A DNA stretch of 34,545 bases, from the IMG/VR virus record IMGVR_UViG_3300045988_033283, positions 1 through 34,545 of that record; one strand, given 5' to 3'. Each line of letters opens with the position of its first letter. Within the stretch, counting starts at the first letter, position 1. Positions 1-7,853 of this stretch are shown piece by piece. The notes beneath the pieces were generated by a model. That model saw only the letters and a list, made by a program, of their open reading frames with translations. It did not search any database and had not been told where the DNA came from. The translations under genes were made by a program, and so were the position numbers. This DNA is from a virus.

Positions 1-112
1 AGAAGACCGCAAGTTCCGGGCTTGTCGATACCTACACCGCAACTTTTTCGGACGGTACCGCCGCTGGCAGCTTCACGGTAACCAACGGCGCAAAGGGAGA
101 CAAGGGCGAAAA
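1..112. repeat. Terminal duplication: bases 1-112 are identical to 34434-34545 (circular-assembly overlap or direct terminal redundancy); unique genome length 34,433 bp
   Basis: Direct comparison of the two window ends; every base from agaagaccgcaagttcc... to ...gacaagggcgaaaa matches. Confidence 0.95.
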
Positions 113-695
113 GGGAGACACCGGGCCGCAAGGGCCGAATGGAGCGACGGGGCCAACCGGAGCGACGGGAGCCACGGGCCAGCGCGGCAGTCAATGGTAC
201 AGCGGGACCGCAGTGACGGGCACGTCCACAACCGGTGCCGTATTCTCAACGGGCATCTCGTCGGCACTCGTCGGCGACTACTACCTCAACACGTCCACGG
301 GCGCGGTGTACCGCTGCACGGTATCGGGCGCGGCGAGCGCGGCGAAGTGGGCCTACGCGGGCTCCATCAAGGGAGCGACGGGAGCTCAAGGCCCACAGGG
401 GCCGAAGGGGCTCAAAGGCGACACGGGCGCGACCGGGCCCACCGGAGCACAAGGCGCCACTGGGCCCCAAGGCCCAAGGGGGAACACCGGCCCGCAGGGA
501 ATTCAGGGTGTCAAGGGCGATACCGGCGCGAAGGGAGAAAAGGGAGACGCTGGCATTACGGTGCCTATATCTGGGCTTTTCTCGCTTGGCGTAGATGACG
601 CTGGCAATCTTGTCGCATATTACAGCGACGCAGCAAGCAGCGCCCCCAAATTCGAGTATGATAAAAGCACTGGAAACGTTTATTATATAATTTAG
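1..695 (+). CDS. Collagen-like (Gly-X-Y) tail fibre protein, 3' part; the ORF starts at ATG 34361 and wraps across the junction (255 aa in total)
   Basis: The frame is open from base 3 to TAG 693-695 and is in phase with ATG 34361 through the 112-bp overlap. Two Gly-X-Y runs: 87-188 (11 triplets) and 372-554 (20 triplets). Confidence 0.85.
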   Translation, partial: KTASSGLVDTYTATFSDGTAAGSFTVTNGAKGDKGEKGDTGPQGPNGATGPTGATGATGQRGSQWYSGTAVTGTSTTGAVFSTGISSALVGDYYLNTSTGAVYRCTVSGAASAAKWAYAGSIKGATGAQGPQGPKGLKGDTGATGPTGAQGATGPQGPRGNTGPQGIQGVKGDTGAKGEKGDAGITVPISGLFSLGVDDAGNLVAYYSDAASSAPKFEYDKSTGNVYYII

Positions 696-705
696 GAGGG
701 ATAGA

Positions 706-1389
706 ATGGCCAAAATCATCATCGGAAACGTGAAGGGCAAGGACGGGCGCGGCATCACGGAAATTACTAAGACCGCTAGCACGGATACCGTTGATACCTA
801 CACAATCACATACACCGACAACACAACGAGCACTTTCACTATCAACAAATCAAGCAGCGTTTTGCTTCAGCGCCAAATCGTTCCGAGCGCTGCGGTCGAA
901 TCTTCGACCACGGCATCGCAGGCGTACACCGCTGGGGATTACGTTGTCGTTGGTGGCGTGCTGCGCAAGGTGAAGTCTTCAATCGCGAAGGGTTCAACAA
1001 TCAGCGATTCAAACTCCACGTCAACCACCGTGGCGGGAGAGATTAAGACCGTGCGGGATTCCGTATCCCGCGAGGTTGGCTATCAGTTCTTATATGGGAA
1101 AGACTTCTCGAGCGCCCATGTCGCTTACCGTAAAAAAGGCTTCTTGGTAGAGATGTATTGGAATTTCGCGCAGGAAACGGCAGAAATATGGACTGCCGGG
1201 ACGCTGCCCGTTGGATTCCGTCCGACCAAATCATTCCTCGCTCCGGCCGTGCGTACACAACCAAACGGCATTGTCGACAACAGCACTGCTGAAGTTGAGG
1301 TCATGGATTCTGGCGCAGTTAACTTTATTTGCGCAGCAGCTGTTACAGGAGGGCGCAACATTGGGCACTGCATCTGGATTGCCGCATAG
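706..1389 (+). CDS. Tail fibre / receptor-binding-like protein whose N-terminus is paralogous to the collagen-like fibre
   Basis: ORF track 227 aa; RBS aggaggg upstream. N-terminal KGKDGRGITEITKTASTDTVDTYTITYTD mirrors KGERGAGIQKIEKTASSGLVDTYTATFSD of the preceding gene. Confidence 0.7.
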   Translation: MAKIIIGNVKGKDGRGITEITKTASTDTVDTYTITYTDNTTSTFTINKSSSVLLQRQIVPSAAVESSTTASQAYTAGDYVVVGGVLRKVKSSIAKGSTISDSNSTSTTVAGEIKTVRDSVSREVGYQFLYGKDFSSAHVAYRKKGFLVEMYWNFAQETAEIWTAGTLPVGFRPTKSFLAPAVRTQPNGIVDNSTAEVEVMDSGAVNFICAAAVTGGRNIGHCIWIAA

Positions 1390-1448
1390 CATTCCATATC
1401 CCGCTCCATGCAAGCGGTAAATATTCCACAGAGAACAGGAGATAAACA

Positions 1449-1769
1449 ATGTCAAAGGCTTACAAGTTCGCAAATGGCAAGACTTATGATTTTACTGATT
1501 CGAGCACAGCGCTCGATTGCGTTGCGGTGGTTAAGACCTTCGCTGAGCTTGACGCTATCCGCGCGGAGTTCACCGAGGACAACCTGAAGGGCGCTACGTT
1601 CGACAGCGCCGTTGTGCAGCACCTCGTGCCCGTTTCCGTGAAGGCAGAGACGGACGGCGAGAACATCGTTGCCCATTTCGCCAACCGCGTGAAGGGTCAG
1701 GACGAAATCAACGCTGAGCAAATCAGCGAGTTGCAGGAAGCTGTAGCAACCATCGTGGAAGGGGCATAG
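1449..1769 (+). CDS. Hypothetical protein in the fibre module
   Basis: ORF track 106 aa; RBS caggag upstream of ATG; tightly packed with its neighbours. Confidence 0.6.
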   Translation: MSKAYKFANGKTYDFTDSSTALDCVAVVKTFAELDAIRAEFTEDNLKGATFDSAVVQHLVPVSVKAETDGENIVAHFANRVKGQDEINAEQISELQEAVATIVEGA

Positions 1770-1770
1770 A

Positions 1771-1893
1771 ATGGGTTACATCTACGCGCGATTGATTTAC
1801 AAGGGTCTTCGCACTTTCGACAGCGTTCCCGAGAAGTACAAGGACGCCACGAAGGCCGCGTACAAGGACATTTACGGCATCGAGCTGAAATAG
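1771..1893 (+). CDS. 40-aa protein (MGYIYARLIYKGLRTFDSVPEKYKDATKAAYKDIYGIELK), resembling the XkdX/CD1375-type mini-proteins of Firmicute phage tail-fibre modules
   Basis: Not in the ORF track (<60 aa). ATG lies 1 nt after the previous stop, with RBS ggaagggg 6 nt upstream. The pattern hydrophobic-x-x-G-x-x-T-x-x-x-VP-x-x-x-K is typical of that family (from memory). Confidence 0.5.
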   Translation: MGYIYARLIYKGLRTFDSVPEKYKDATKAAYKDIYGIELK

Positions 1894-1976
1894 CGCCCAT
1901 GCGCAACGGCGGAGCATGACCGCCAGAAAACAACATGCCAACTGCGCGACATGAGACAACGCGCTGCTAGAATGAG

Positions 1977-2000
1977 GGGGGGTGCAGCGATGCGCCCCCC
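1977..2000 (+). terminator. GC-rich hairpin (10-bp stem, GCGA loop) closing the fibre module; only a short T tract follows
   Basis: ggggggtgca-gcga-tgcgcccccc followed by tt. Confidence 0.4.
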
Positions 2001-2023
2001 TTGGCATATAGGGAGGTGCATCT

Positions 2024-3670
2024 ATGATTAGGGTTTTCGAAGCGACCGACAAGAGCTTCACCACCAACGGCGACATGGTTGTTCTGCCTACTAAGGCCAA
2101 GGTCACGAAGAAGGACAACGGCGATTACTACCTCGATTTTGAAGCGAGCACCAAATATGCCGACCATCTTACGAGCGGGAAGATAATCGTCGCGGACACA
2201 CCGCAGGGCGCGCAGGCGTTCCGCATATCGGACGTTACCAAGAAGAGCACCAAGGTTTCGCTCAAGGCGTGGCACGTGTTCTACGATTCCAAGAACTACC
2301 TCATAGCCGACTCGTATGTCGTTGACATGACGGCAAACTCGGCGCTCGACCACCTGAACGAAGCCACGGAGCCGAAGAGCGAGTTCGTAACCATCTCGGA
2401 CGTGCAGACGATTGACTCGTTCCGCTGCGTCAGAAAGTCGCTTTACGAAGCGATTCAAACGGTTATCGAGCGCTGGGGTGGGCATCTGGTGCGCGATAAT
2501 TTCCGCATCGAGCTTCGCCAGTCAATCGGGGCAGACAACGGCGTGACCGTCAGGTACCGCAAGAACCTGAAGGAACTCACGTGCAAGTACGATTGGAGCA
2601 GCGTCGCAACGAAGCTGCTGCCAGTCGGCAAGGACGGCATTCTGCTGAACGACCAAGACCCGAGCGCGTCAATCTACGTCGAGAGCGAGCAGAAATGGGA
2701 CATACCGTTCACCAAGACCGTCTCGTTCTCGCAATCCTCAATCGAGAAAGACGATTACGGCAACGACGAGACGGCATACCGTAAAGCCCTTGTCGATGAC
2801 CTGAGAAGGCAGGCACAGGACTACGTCAACGCAAACTGCGTGCCGAAGGTCAACTACACGTTGAAGGCCAACCTCGAACGCGTGACCGACATCGGGGACA
2901 CGGTGGAAGTCATCGACGAGCGCCTTGGCGTTCACATCCTGACAAACGTTATCGGGTTCACGTATGACTGCATCCTCGGCAAGTACACAGAAATCGAGTT
3001 CGGAAACTTCACCAAGACGCTCAGCGGCCTTGCTGGAACGCTGCAATCGTCTGCGCAAAGCGCGGCACAGAGCACGGTCAACAGCGCCATTCAGGGCGTT
3101 ACGGATACAGTCACGCAGACCATCACGCAGTCGATGGGCGCTTCGTACGTCATCTACGACGGCTCCAAAATCATGGTGCTGGACGCGCTGCCGAAGGAGG
3201 AAGCGCACAACGTCATCATGATTAACGACAACGGCATCGCGTTCTCGCGCAACGGCATCGCTGGGACTTTCGAGAGCGCATGGGGCATCGACGGCACGAT
3301 GAACATGCAGAATATCAACGTCATCAATTTCGTGGCCGATTTAATCAAGGGCGGAACGCTGAAGCTGGGAGGTACCGAAAACGGCAACGGCGTGATGGAG
3401 GTTCGCTCGGCGGGCGGCTCGCTGCTTGGACAGCTCGACAAGGACGGGCTTCGCATGTGGGCCAACGACGGCTCGCGAATCGAAATCAACGCTTCGCAGG
3501 GGCTTGTCGGCTACGACGCGCAGGGAAACGCGACCTACGGCGTTACCGACGGCGTGTTCTACATGGCGAACGGGTACATCAACAGCTCGCTCGCTGTCGG
3601 CGGCTTGCTCAAGATGGTACCCATCAAGACGGACGCGAGCACGGGAATCGCGTTCGTAGCACTCGCATAG
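2024..3670 (+). CDS. Tal-like tail protein (phage minor structural protein N-terminal region / prophage tail endopeptidase family)
   Basis: ORF track 548 aa; RBS gggagg. N-terminus MIRVFEATDKSFTTNGDMVVLPTKAKVTKKDNGDYYLDFEAS... matches the conserved start of Gram-positive siphophage Tal proteins (from memory). Confidence 0.8.
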   Translation: MIRVFEATDKSFTTNGDMVVLPTKAKVTKKDNGDYYLDFEASTKYADHLTSGKIIVADTPQGAQAFRISDVTKKSTKVSLKAWHVFYDSKNYLIADSYVVDMTANSALDHLNEATEPKSEFVTISDVQTIDSFRCVRKSLYEAIQTVIERWGGHLVRDNFRIELRQSIGADNGVTVRYRKNLKELTCKYDWSSVATKLLPVGKDGILLNDQDPSASIYVESEQKWDIPFTKTVSFSQSSIEKDDYGNDETAYRKALVDDLRRQAQDYVNANCVPKVNYTLKANLERVTDIGDTVEVIDERLGVHILTNVIGFTYDCILGKYTEIEFGNFTKTLSGLAGTLQSSAQSAAQSTVNSAIQGVTDTVTQTITQSMGASYVIYDGSKIMVLDALPKEEAHNVIMINDNGIAFSRNGIAGTFESAWGIDGTMNMQNINVINFVADLIKGGTLKLGGTENGNGVMEVRSAGGSLLGQLDKDGLRMWANDGSRIEINASQGLVGYDAQGNATYGVTDGVFYMANGYINSSLAVGGLLKMVPIKTDASTGIAFVALA

Positions 3671-3685
3671 GAAGGGGGGAATCGA

Positions 3686-5494
3686 ATGGCATCAAGCGGA
3701 AGCATCACAGGCGCATATCGCGGCTACACGCTACGCGCTGATTGGAGCGCGGTTCAGAACGCGGCTGGCAATTATTCCGACGTGACGGTCAAGCACACGC
3801 TCGTCATCGGCCCCGCGTACTCGCTGAACATCGCTTCTCGCACGAACACATGCTCTGTCGGAGGTGTCTCGCAGGGATACACTTCTGGGGCCATCAACCA
3901 GAAGGGCGGCTCCGTCCTTCTCGGTACGACCGTCCACAGGGTGTCGCATGACGCGGACGGAACCAAGACCGCGAAGCTTTCCGACACGTTCAACATCAAC
4001 GCCACGATTGACGGCAAGAAGGTCGGGAGCATCACGGCATCTGGCTCCATCACTCTTGACAGGATAGCCAGAAACGCGACCATCGTGACCGCCAACGACT
4101 TCACCGACGAGACGGACCCGACGCTCACCTACAGCAACCCGTCTTCGTTCTCGTGCGACGTCTCAATCGAGTTCGAGGGCTGGAGCATCACGAGGGCCGG
4201 AGCGATAAGCGGGGCAAGCGGCTCGTACACGATGCAGCTCACCGATTCGGAGCGCACGGCCCTGCGCAACGCGAGCAAGAAATCGCAGACGCTGAAGGTC
4301 ACATACGTTCTGGAAACGACCATCGACGGCACGGCGTACTACTCGCGCGCTGATAGGAAGATGAACATCGTCGATGCAGCGCCCGAGCTTGGGGCGGTCT
4401 CATATGAGGACGCCAACGCGGCAACGGTGGCGGTGACTGGGGATAAGTCGCGCATCGTCCAGAACCATTCGACGCTTGCGGTGAAAGTGCCCACCGCGAC
4501 AGCAAAGAAGGGCGCGACCATCGCGAGCTACACCGTCGCATTCGGTGGGGTATCAAAGACAGTTAAGAGTTCTGGGACAGTCTCGCTCGGTGCTGTTGAC
4601 GTCTCGTATTCTCAGGCGCTGACAGTCACGGCAACGGACAGCCGTGGGTTCACTGCGAGCAAATCGGTTCAGGTGACCGTCGATGATTACAGCGCACCTA
4701 CTGCGGTCATCGACCTGCACCGCCTGAACAACTTCGAGCCTACGACGTACATCACCGCGAACGCGCGCTACTCGTACCTTAATGGCAAGAATGCCGTGAC
4801 AATCGCGGCGAAGTTCAAGAAGGTCTCGGATTCGAGCTACGGAACGCCAATCGAGTTGGCCGATTCCATCCAATCCACGGTGACGTGCGACAGGGATTCG
4901 GCCTATGACTTCGCCGTGACCGTCGCGGACAGGCTCGAATCGACCGAATACAACCTCACACTCGGCAAGGGCATCCCGTCGTTCTTCATCGACACCAAGA
5001 AGTCGAGCGTCGGCGTGAACTGCCTTCCCAGCCAATCGGACGTTCTGCAACTCGGCGATTCGGCATGGCTGACGGCTCAGGGAGCCTACCCGGTCGGGGC
5101 AATCTACCTGAGCGTGACCGACGTGAATCCCGCTGCATTGTTCGGTGGGACGTGGGAGCGAATCTCGCAAGGCCGATTCCTCATCGGAGCTGGCTCTAAT
5201 GTGGCCAATACCACAGACTACTGGGGTAGCTATGCGGCTGGTGCCGAGAATTTCCCGGCAGGGGAAATGGGCGGCGAGGTCACACACACTCTCACAGTTG
5301 ACGAGATGCCGTCCCACACTCACCCTGAGAGGCTTGAGTGGAGCAACACCAAAGCGTGGGGTCTTACTGGTACTGGGCAAGATGCAAATGCTGTTGTTGA
5401 CCAAGGCAGCTCGACGGAGGCGGCTGGCGGCGGCAAGCCACACAACAACCTTCCTCCATATCTGGTCGTGTTCATGTGGAAGCGGGTAAGCTAA
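3686..5494 (+). CDS. Receptor-binding / baseplate fibre protein with a C-terminal tail-collar (MdpB/COG4675-like) domain
   Basis: ORF track 602 aa; RBS aagggggg. C-terminal motifs GGTWERI, GGEVTHTLTVDEMPSHTH and GGGKPHNNLPPYLVVFMW. Confidence 0.8.
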   Translation: MASSGSITGAYRGYTLRADWSAVQNAAGNYSDVTVKHTLVIGPAYSLNIASRTNTCSVGGVSQGYTSGAINQKGGSVLLGTTVHRVSHDADGTKTAKLSDTFNINATIDGKKVGSITASGSITLDRIARNATIVTANDFTDETDPTLTYSNPSSFSCDVSIEFEGWSITRAGAISGASGSYTMQLTDSERTALRNASKKSQTLKVTYVLETTIDGTAYYSRADRKMNIVDAAPELGAVSYEDANAATVAVTGDKSRIVQNHSTLAVKVPTATAKKGATIASYTVAFGGVSKTVKSSGTVSLGAVDVSYSQALTVTATDSRGFTASKSVQVTVDDYSAPTAVIDLHRLNNFEPTTYITANARYSYLNGKNAVTIAAKFKKVSDSSYGTPIELADSIQSTVTCDRDSAYDFAVTVADRLESTEYNLTLGKGIPSFFIDTKKSSVGVNCLPSQSDVLQLGDSAWLTAQGAYPVGAIYLSVTDVNPAALFGGTWERISQGRFLIGAGSNVANTTDYWGSYAAGAENFPAGEMGGEVTHTLTVDEMPSHTHPERLEWSNTKAWGLTGTGQDANAVVDQGSSTEAAGGGKPHNNLPPYLVVFMWKRVS

Positions 5495-5504
5495 GCACAA
5501 AAAA

Positions 5505-5529
5505 GGCGGGTAGCACTACGCTATCCGCC
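5505..5529. terminator. Bidirectional intrinsic terminator between the convergent fibre and integrase genes
   Basis: ggcgggtagc-actac-gctatccgcc (10-bp stem, one G-U), flanked by aaaaaa on the left (a U tract for the - strand) and a T-rich stretch on the right. Confidence 0.7.
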
Positions 5530-5552
5530 TATGTTTGTCTATATTCTCTGTC

Positions 5553-5598
5553 TGTTTATCATCGCGTGCCCTATAAATCTGGCACAAGATGATAAACA
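5553..5598. other. Candidate attP: 46-bp imperfect palindrome abutting the integrase stop codon
   Basis: TGTTTATCATCGCGTGCC (5553-5570) and GGCACAAGATGATAAACA (5581-5598) match as reverse complements at 16 of 18 positions, around a 10-bp AT-rich core ctataaatct. No U tract follows, so it is not needed as a terminator. Confidence 0.45.
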
Positions 5599-5599
5599 T

Positions 5600-7078
5600 T
5601 TAGATTCTGAGAGTTACGCGCAGGCGTGGGTTCAATCCCGTGCCGCGCTCGGTCTTTTCATATTCTATTCGTTCCGCCATGCCTTTCAGCAGGCGGTTGC
5701 GGTCTTCACTGTCGAGTGTCCAGTATTCGTCCAATGCCTTGGACAGCACCGGGATTCGTTTTATGTCGCGTTCGGGTTCGGCGGCTTGCAATGCTTCAAG
5801 GCGCGCCGTCAGTTCGGCCTTTTCCGCGTTGACCTTTTGCACCCTTTGCAGGTATGTGGTTCTGTCGTATATGCCTGTTTCGTAGGCTTCGCAGGCGCGT
5901 TCGAGCATTTTCTGCCGTTTGTCTATCTCTGCCTCTAGGACTTGCAGTTCGTTGGTGTTGTCATTCGCTTTTGTTTCGTATTCCGCCCACACGTAGGTCA
6001 GGCGTTCCAATTCAGCTTGTATGGCGTCCACCGTCAGCCGTTCCACTATGTCGAGTTTCGTGCTTTTGGTCGTGCAGCCGAACGTCTTGCATATGAGGTA
6101 TTCCGCTTGCGCGCCGTTGGTGCGTTGCATGGTCTTGCCGCATTGAGCGCATACGACCAGTGATGCCAACGGGTTGCGGTTTGTGTGTGCGTAGCGTGTG
6201 CGTGTTTCCATGGTGCGCAGGCGTGCGGCGCATTGGTCGAAAGTGTCTGTACTGACTATCGGCTCGTGTCTGCCTTGCACGTATTCCATGCCGCTGTTAC
6301 GTATGTAGGTTTCTTTTATTTCCCCGTCGATTATTCGGCGGTTTTTTATTTTTCGTTTGGTTTGCAGTTCTCCGAGGTATGTGCGGTTTCGCAGTATTTC
6401 GCCGATTCGTGTGCGGGTGAAGTCGTTGCCTGTTCGTTGTTTGACGCCGGACGCTTGGAGTTCGCGAAGAATATCGTTGATTTTTGCACCTTGAGCGTAT
6501 CGGTCGAATATTAGGCGCACGATGTGCGACTCGTGTGGGTCGGGGCATAGCGTCCACCCTTTCCCGTCCTTGCGTTTGCCATACCCGTATGGTGGAACGC
6601 TGCCGATGAAATATCCGTCGCGTTGCGCTTGGAGTCTACCGCGCAGCAGACGGCGTTTTATCGTCTTGTATTCGCGGCGGCTCATGAACAGTCCAAACTC
6701 GAAAAATTCTTCGTCAAACTCATCATCACCTGCAAGGTCGTACACCTTGTTAAGCGTTAGGATTTTCGTGCCGCTGAATTGGAATGTTCGGAGTATACGC
6801 GCTTGGTCCTCCCCGTTTCCGCGGCTGAGGCGTTCGAGTTCGACACATAGGACGCCGGTATACAGTCCCATCTCCACGGCCTTCAGCAGGCGTTGCATTT
6901 GAGGTCGCGCGTCTATGCTCTCCCCCGATACTATTTCACGGTATATGTGTCTTTCGTCTACGTGTATGCCCATGTTCGCGGCCATGTCGCGGAGCATGGT
7001 TTCGTGTTTGCTTAGCGTGTTTTCAAGTCCCGCTTCTTCGTCTATGCGGGATTTTCGCAGGTACATTGCGTATGCCAT
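5600..7078 (-). CDS. int: Large serine recombinase (phage integrase)
   Basis: ORF track 492 aa. N-terminal resolvase domain with YLRKSR catalytic-serine motif, recombinase domain, Cys-rich zinc ribbon (CAQCGK...CKTFGC) and C-terminal coiled coil. Confidence 0.95.
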   Translation of the reverse strand: MAYAMYLRKSRIDEEAGLENTLSKHETMLRDMAANMGIHVDERHIYREIVSGESIDARPQMQRLLKAVEMGLYTGVLCVELERLSRGNGEDQARILRTFQFSGTKILTLNKVYDLAGDDEFDEEFFEFGLFMSRREYKTIKRRLLRGRLQAQRDGYFIGSVPPYGYGKRKDGKGWTLCPDPHESHIVRLIFDRYAQGAKINDILRELQASGVKQRTGNDFTRTRIGEILRNRTYLGELQTKRKIKNRRIIDGEIKETYIRNSGMEYVQGRHEPIVSTDTFDQCAARLRTMETRTRYAHTNRNPLASLVVCAQCGKTMQRTNGAQAEYLICKTFGCTTKSTKLDIVERLTVDAIQAELERLTYVWAEYETKANDNTNELQVLEAEIDKRQKMLERACEAYETGIYDRTTYLQRVQKVNAEKAELTARLEALQAAEPERDIKRIPVLSKALDEYWTLDSEDRNRLLKGMAERIEYEKTERGTGLNPRLRVTLRI

Positions 7079-7085
7079 TCATCAT

Positions 7086-7385
7086 CTAGTCCTTTCTTCG
7101 GTGTAGTAAAAATTGTGCAAATAGTTGTATTTCTTCAAGTTCTTTGTCGGTGTAAATCCGGTTTGAAAAAGTTATCTCCCGTTGCGGCGTGCCATGCACT
7201 AATTCCTCAATCGTTACACCGAAATACTCGGATAATTTGAGCAATGTCGGCAAGCTGATATTTTCGGCGCTCCGGTTGAACCATGAATTAACCGCCGATG
7301 GGCTGATTCCGCAGTCTGCCGCCATCTTTCGACGTGAAACGCCTTTTGCGCTCATAAGTGCGCGAAGATTGTCGCAAAATGCCAT
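7086..7385 (-). CDS. XRE/CI-like HTH repressor (no peptidase domain)
   Basis: HTH KGVSRRKMAADCGISPSAVNSWFNR. I start it at MAFCDNL (ATG 7385) because aaggggg lies 9 nt upstream; the ORF track allows an extension to 7430. Confidence 0.8.
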   Translation of the reverse strand: MAFCDNLRALMSAKGVSRRKMAADCGISPSAVNSWFNRSAENISLPTLLKLSEYFGVTIEELVHGTPQREITFSNRIYTDKELEEIQLFAQFLLHRRKD

Positions 7386-7441
7386 GTCGTAAAACCCCCT
7401 TTCGTGTCGAAACGTCGTCGTCCCGTGCATTTCGCCTCTTT

Positions 7442-7470
7442 AATATATCATGTGCGATTTGCAATGTAAA
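7442..7470 (-). promoter_or_regulatory. Candidate repressor promoter: -35 TTTACA, 17-bp spacer, extended -10 TGATATATT (read on the - strand)
   Basis: + strand aatata 7442-7447 and tgtaaa 7465-7470; correct spacing and orientation for the repressor gene. Confidence 0.5.
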
Positions 7471-7483
7471 CACAATCGCGCGC

Positions 7484-7501
7484 AAAATTGATAGCAATTT
7501 T
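7484..7501. promoter_or_regulatory. Candidate operator palindrome AAAATTG-atag-CAATTTT
   Basis: Perfect 7-bp inverted arms, located between the divergent promoters. Confidence 0.4.
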
Positions 7502-7514
7502 CGCAAATCTGACT

Positions 7515-7531
7515 AAATTGTGTTGCAATTT
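7515..7531. promoter_or_regulatory. Candidate operator palindrome AAATTG-tgttg-CAATTT overlapping the -35 of the rightward early promoter
   Basis: Perfect 6-bp inverted arms with the same half-site as 7484-7501; centres about 30 bp apart. Confidence 0.45.
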
Positions 7532-7551
7532 GAAATTTATGGGTGTATAGT
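7523..7551 (+). promoter_or_regulatory. Rightward early promoter: -35 TTGCAA, 17-bp spacer, -10 TATAGT
   Basis: ttgcaa 7523-7528 and tatagt 7546-7551; about 60 nt upstream of the Cro-like gene. Confidence 0.6.
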
Positions 7552-7612
7552 GAAGCCATACGAGATGCACACGAATGTGCGCATCGTGAACACATATGAG
7601 GAGGTGCAACGG

Positions 7613-7834
7613 ATGTATCGCAATCTAAAAGCGGAGATAGCTCGCGCAGGCATGACCACTTGCGAGTGTGCGGAAGCCGCAGGAGTAAGCCTTGGGACTT
7701 TCTACAGGTTGCTAAATGGCTCCAGCGAGTGGAGGCTTGACGAAATGCTCAAGCTGTCACAGGCAATCGCCATGAAAAACGGCCACGCAGGTCTTGACTA
7801 TCTTTTCGGGGGTGATTCAGACGGAACGGCATAA
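7613..7834 (+). CDS. Cro-like small HTH protein
   Basis: ATG 7613 is preceded by gaggagg. HTH MTTCECAEAAGVSLGTFYRLLNG. The upstream extension to 7520 in the ORF track runs through the promoter. Confidence 0.75.
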   Translation: MYRNLKAEIARAGMTTCECAEAAGVSLGTFYRLLNGSSEWRLDEMLKLSQAIAMKNGHAGLDYLFGGDSDGTA

Positions 7835-7853
7835 ACCATCAAGGGAGCATCTG

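Noticed and set aside
5531-5938. 135-aa + strand ORF overlapping the 3' end of the integrase gene
   Set aside because: It is antisense to a clear serine recombinase and begins inside the attP-like and terminator region. No RBS.
7520-7834. 104-aa long form of the Cro-like ORF
   Set aside because: The extension starts at a non-ATG codon inside the operator/promoter region. ATG 7613 has a strong gaggagg RBS.
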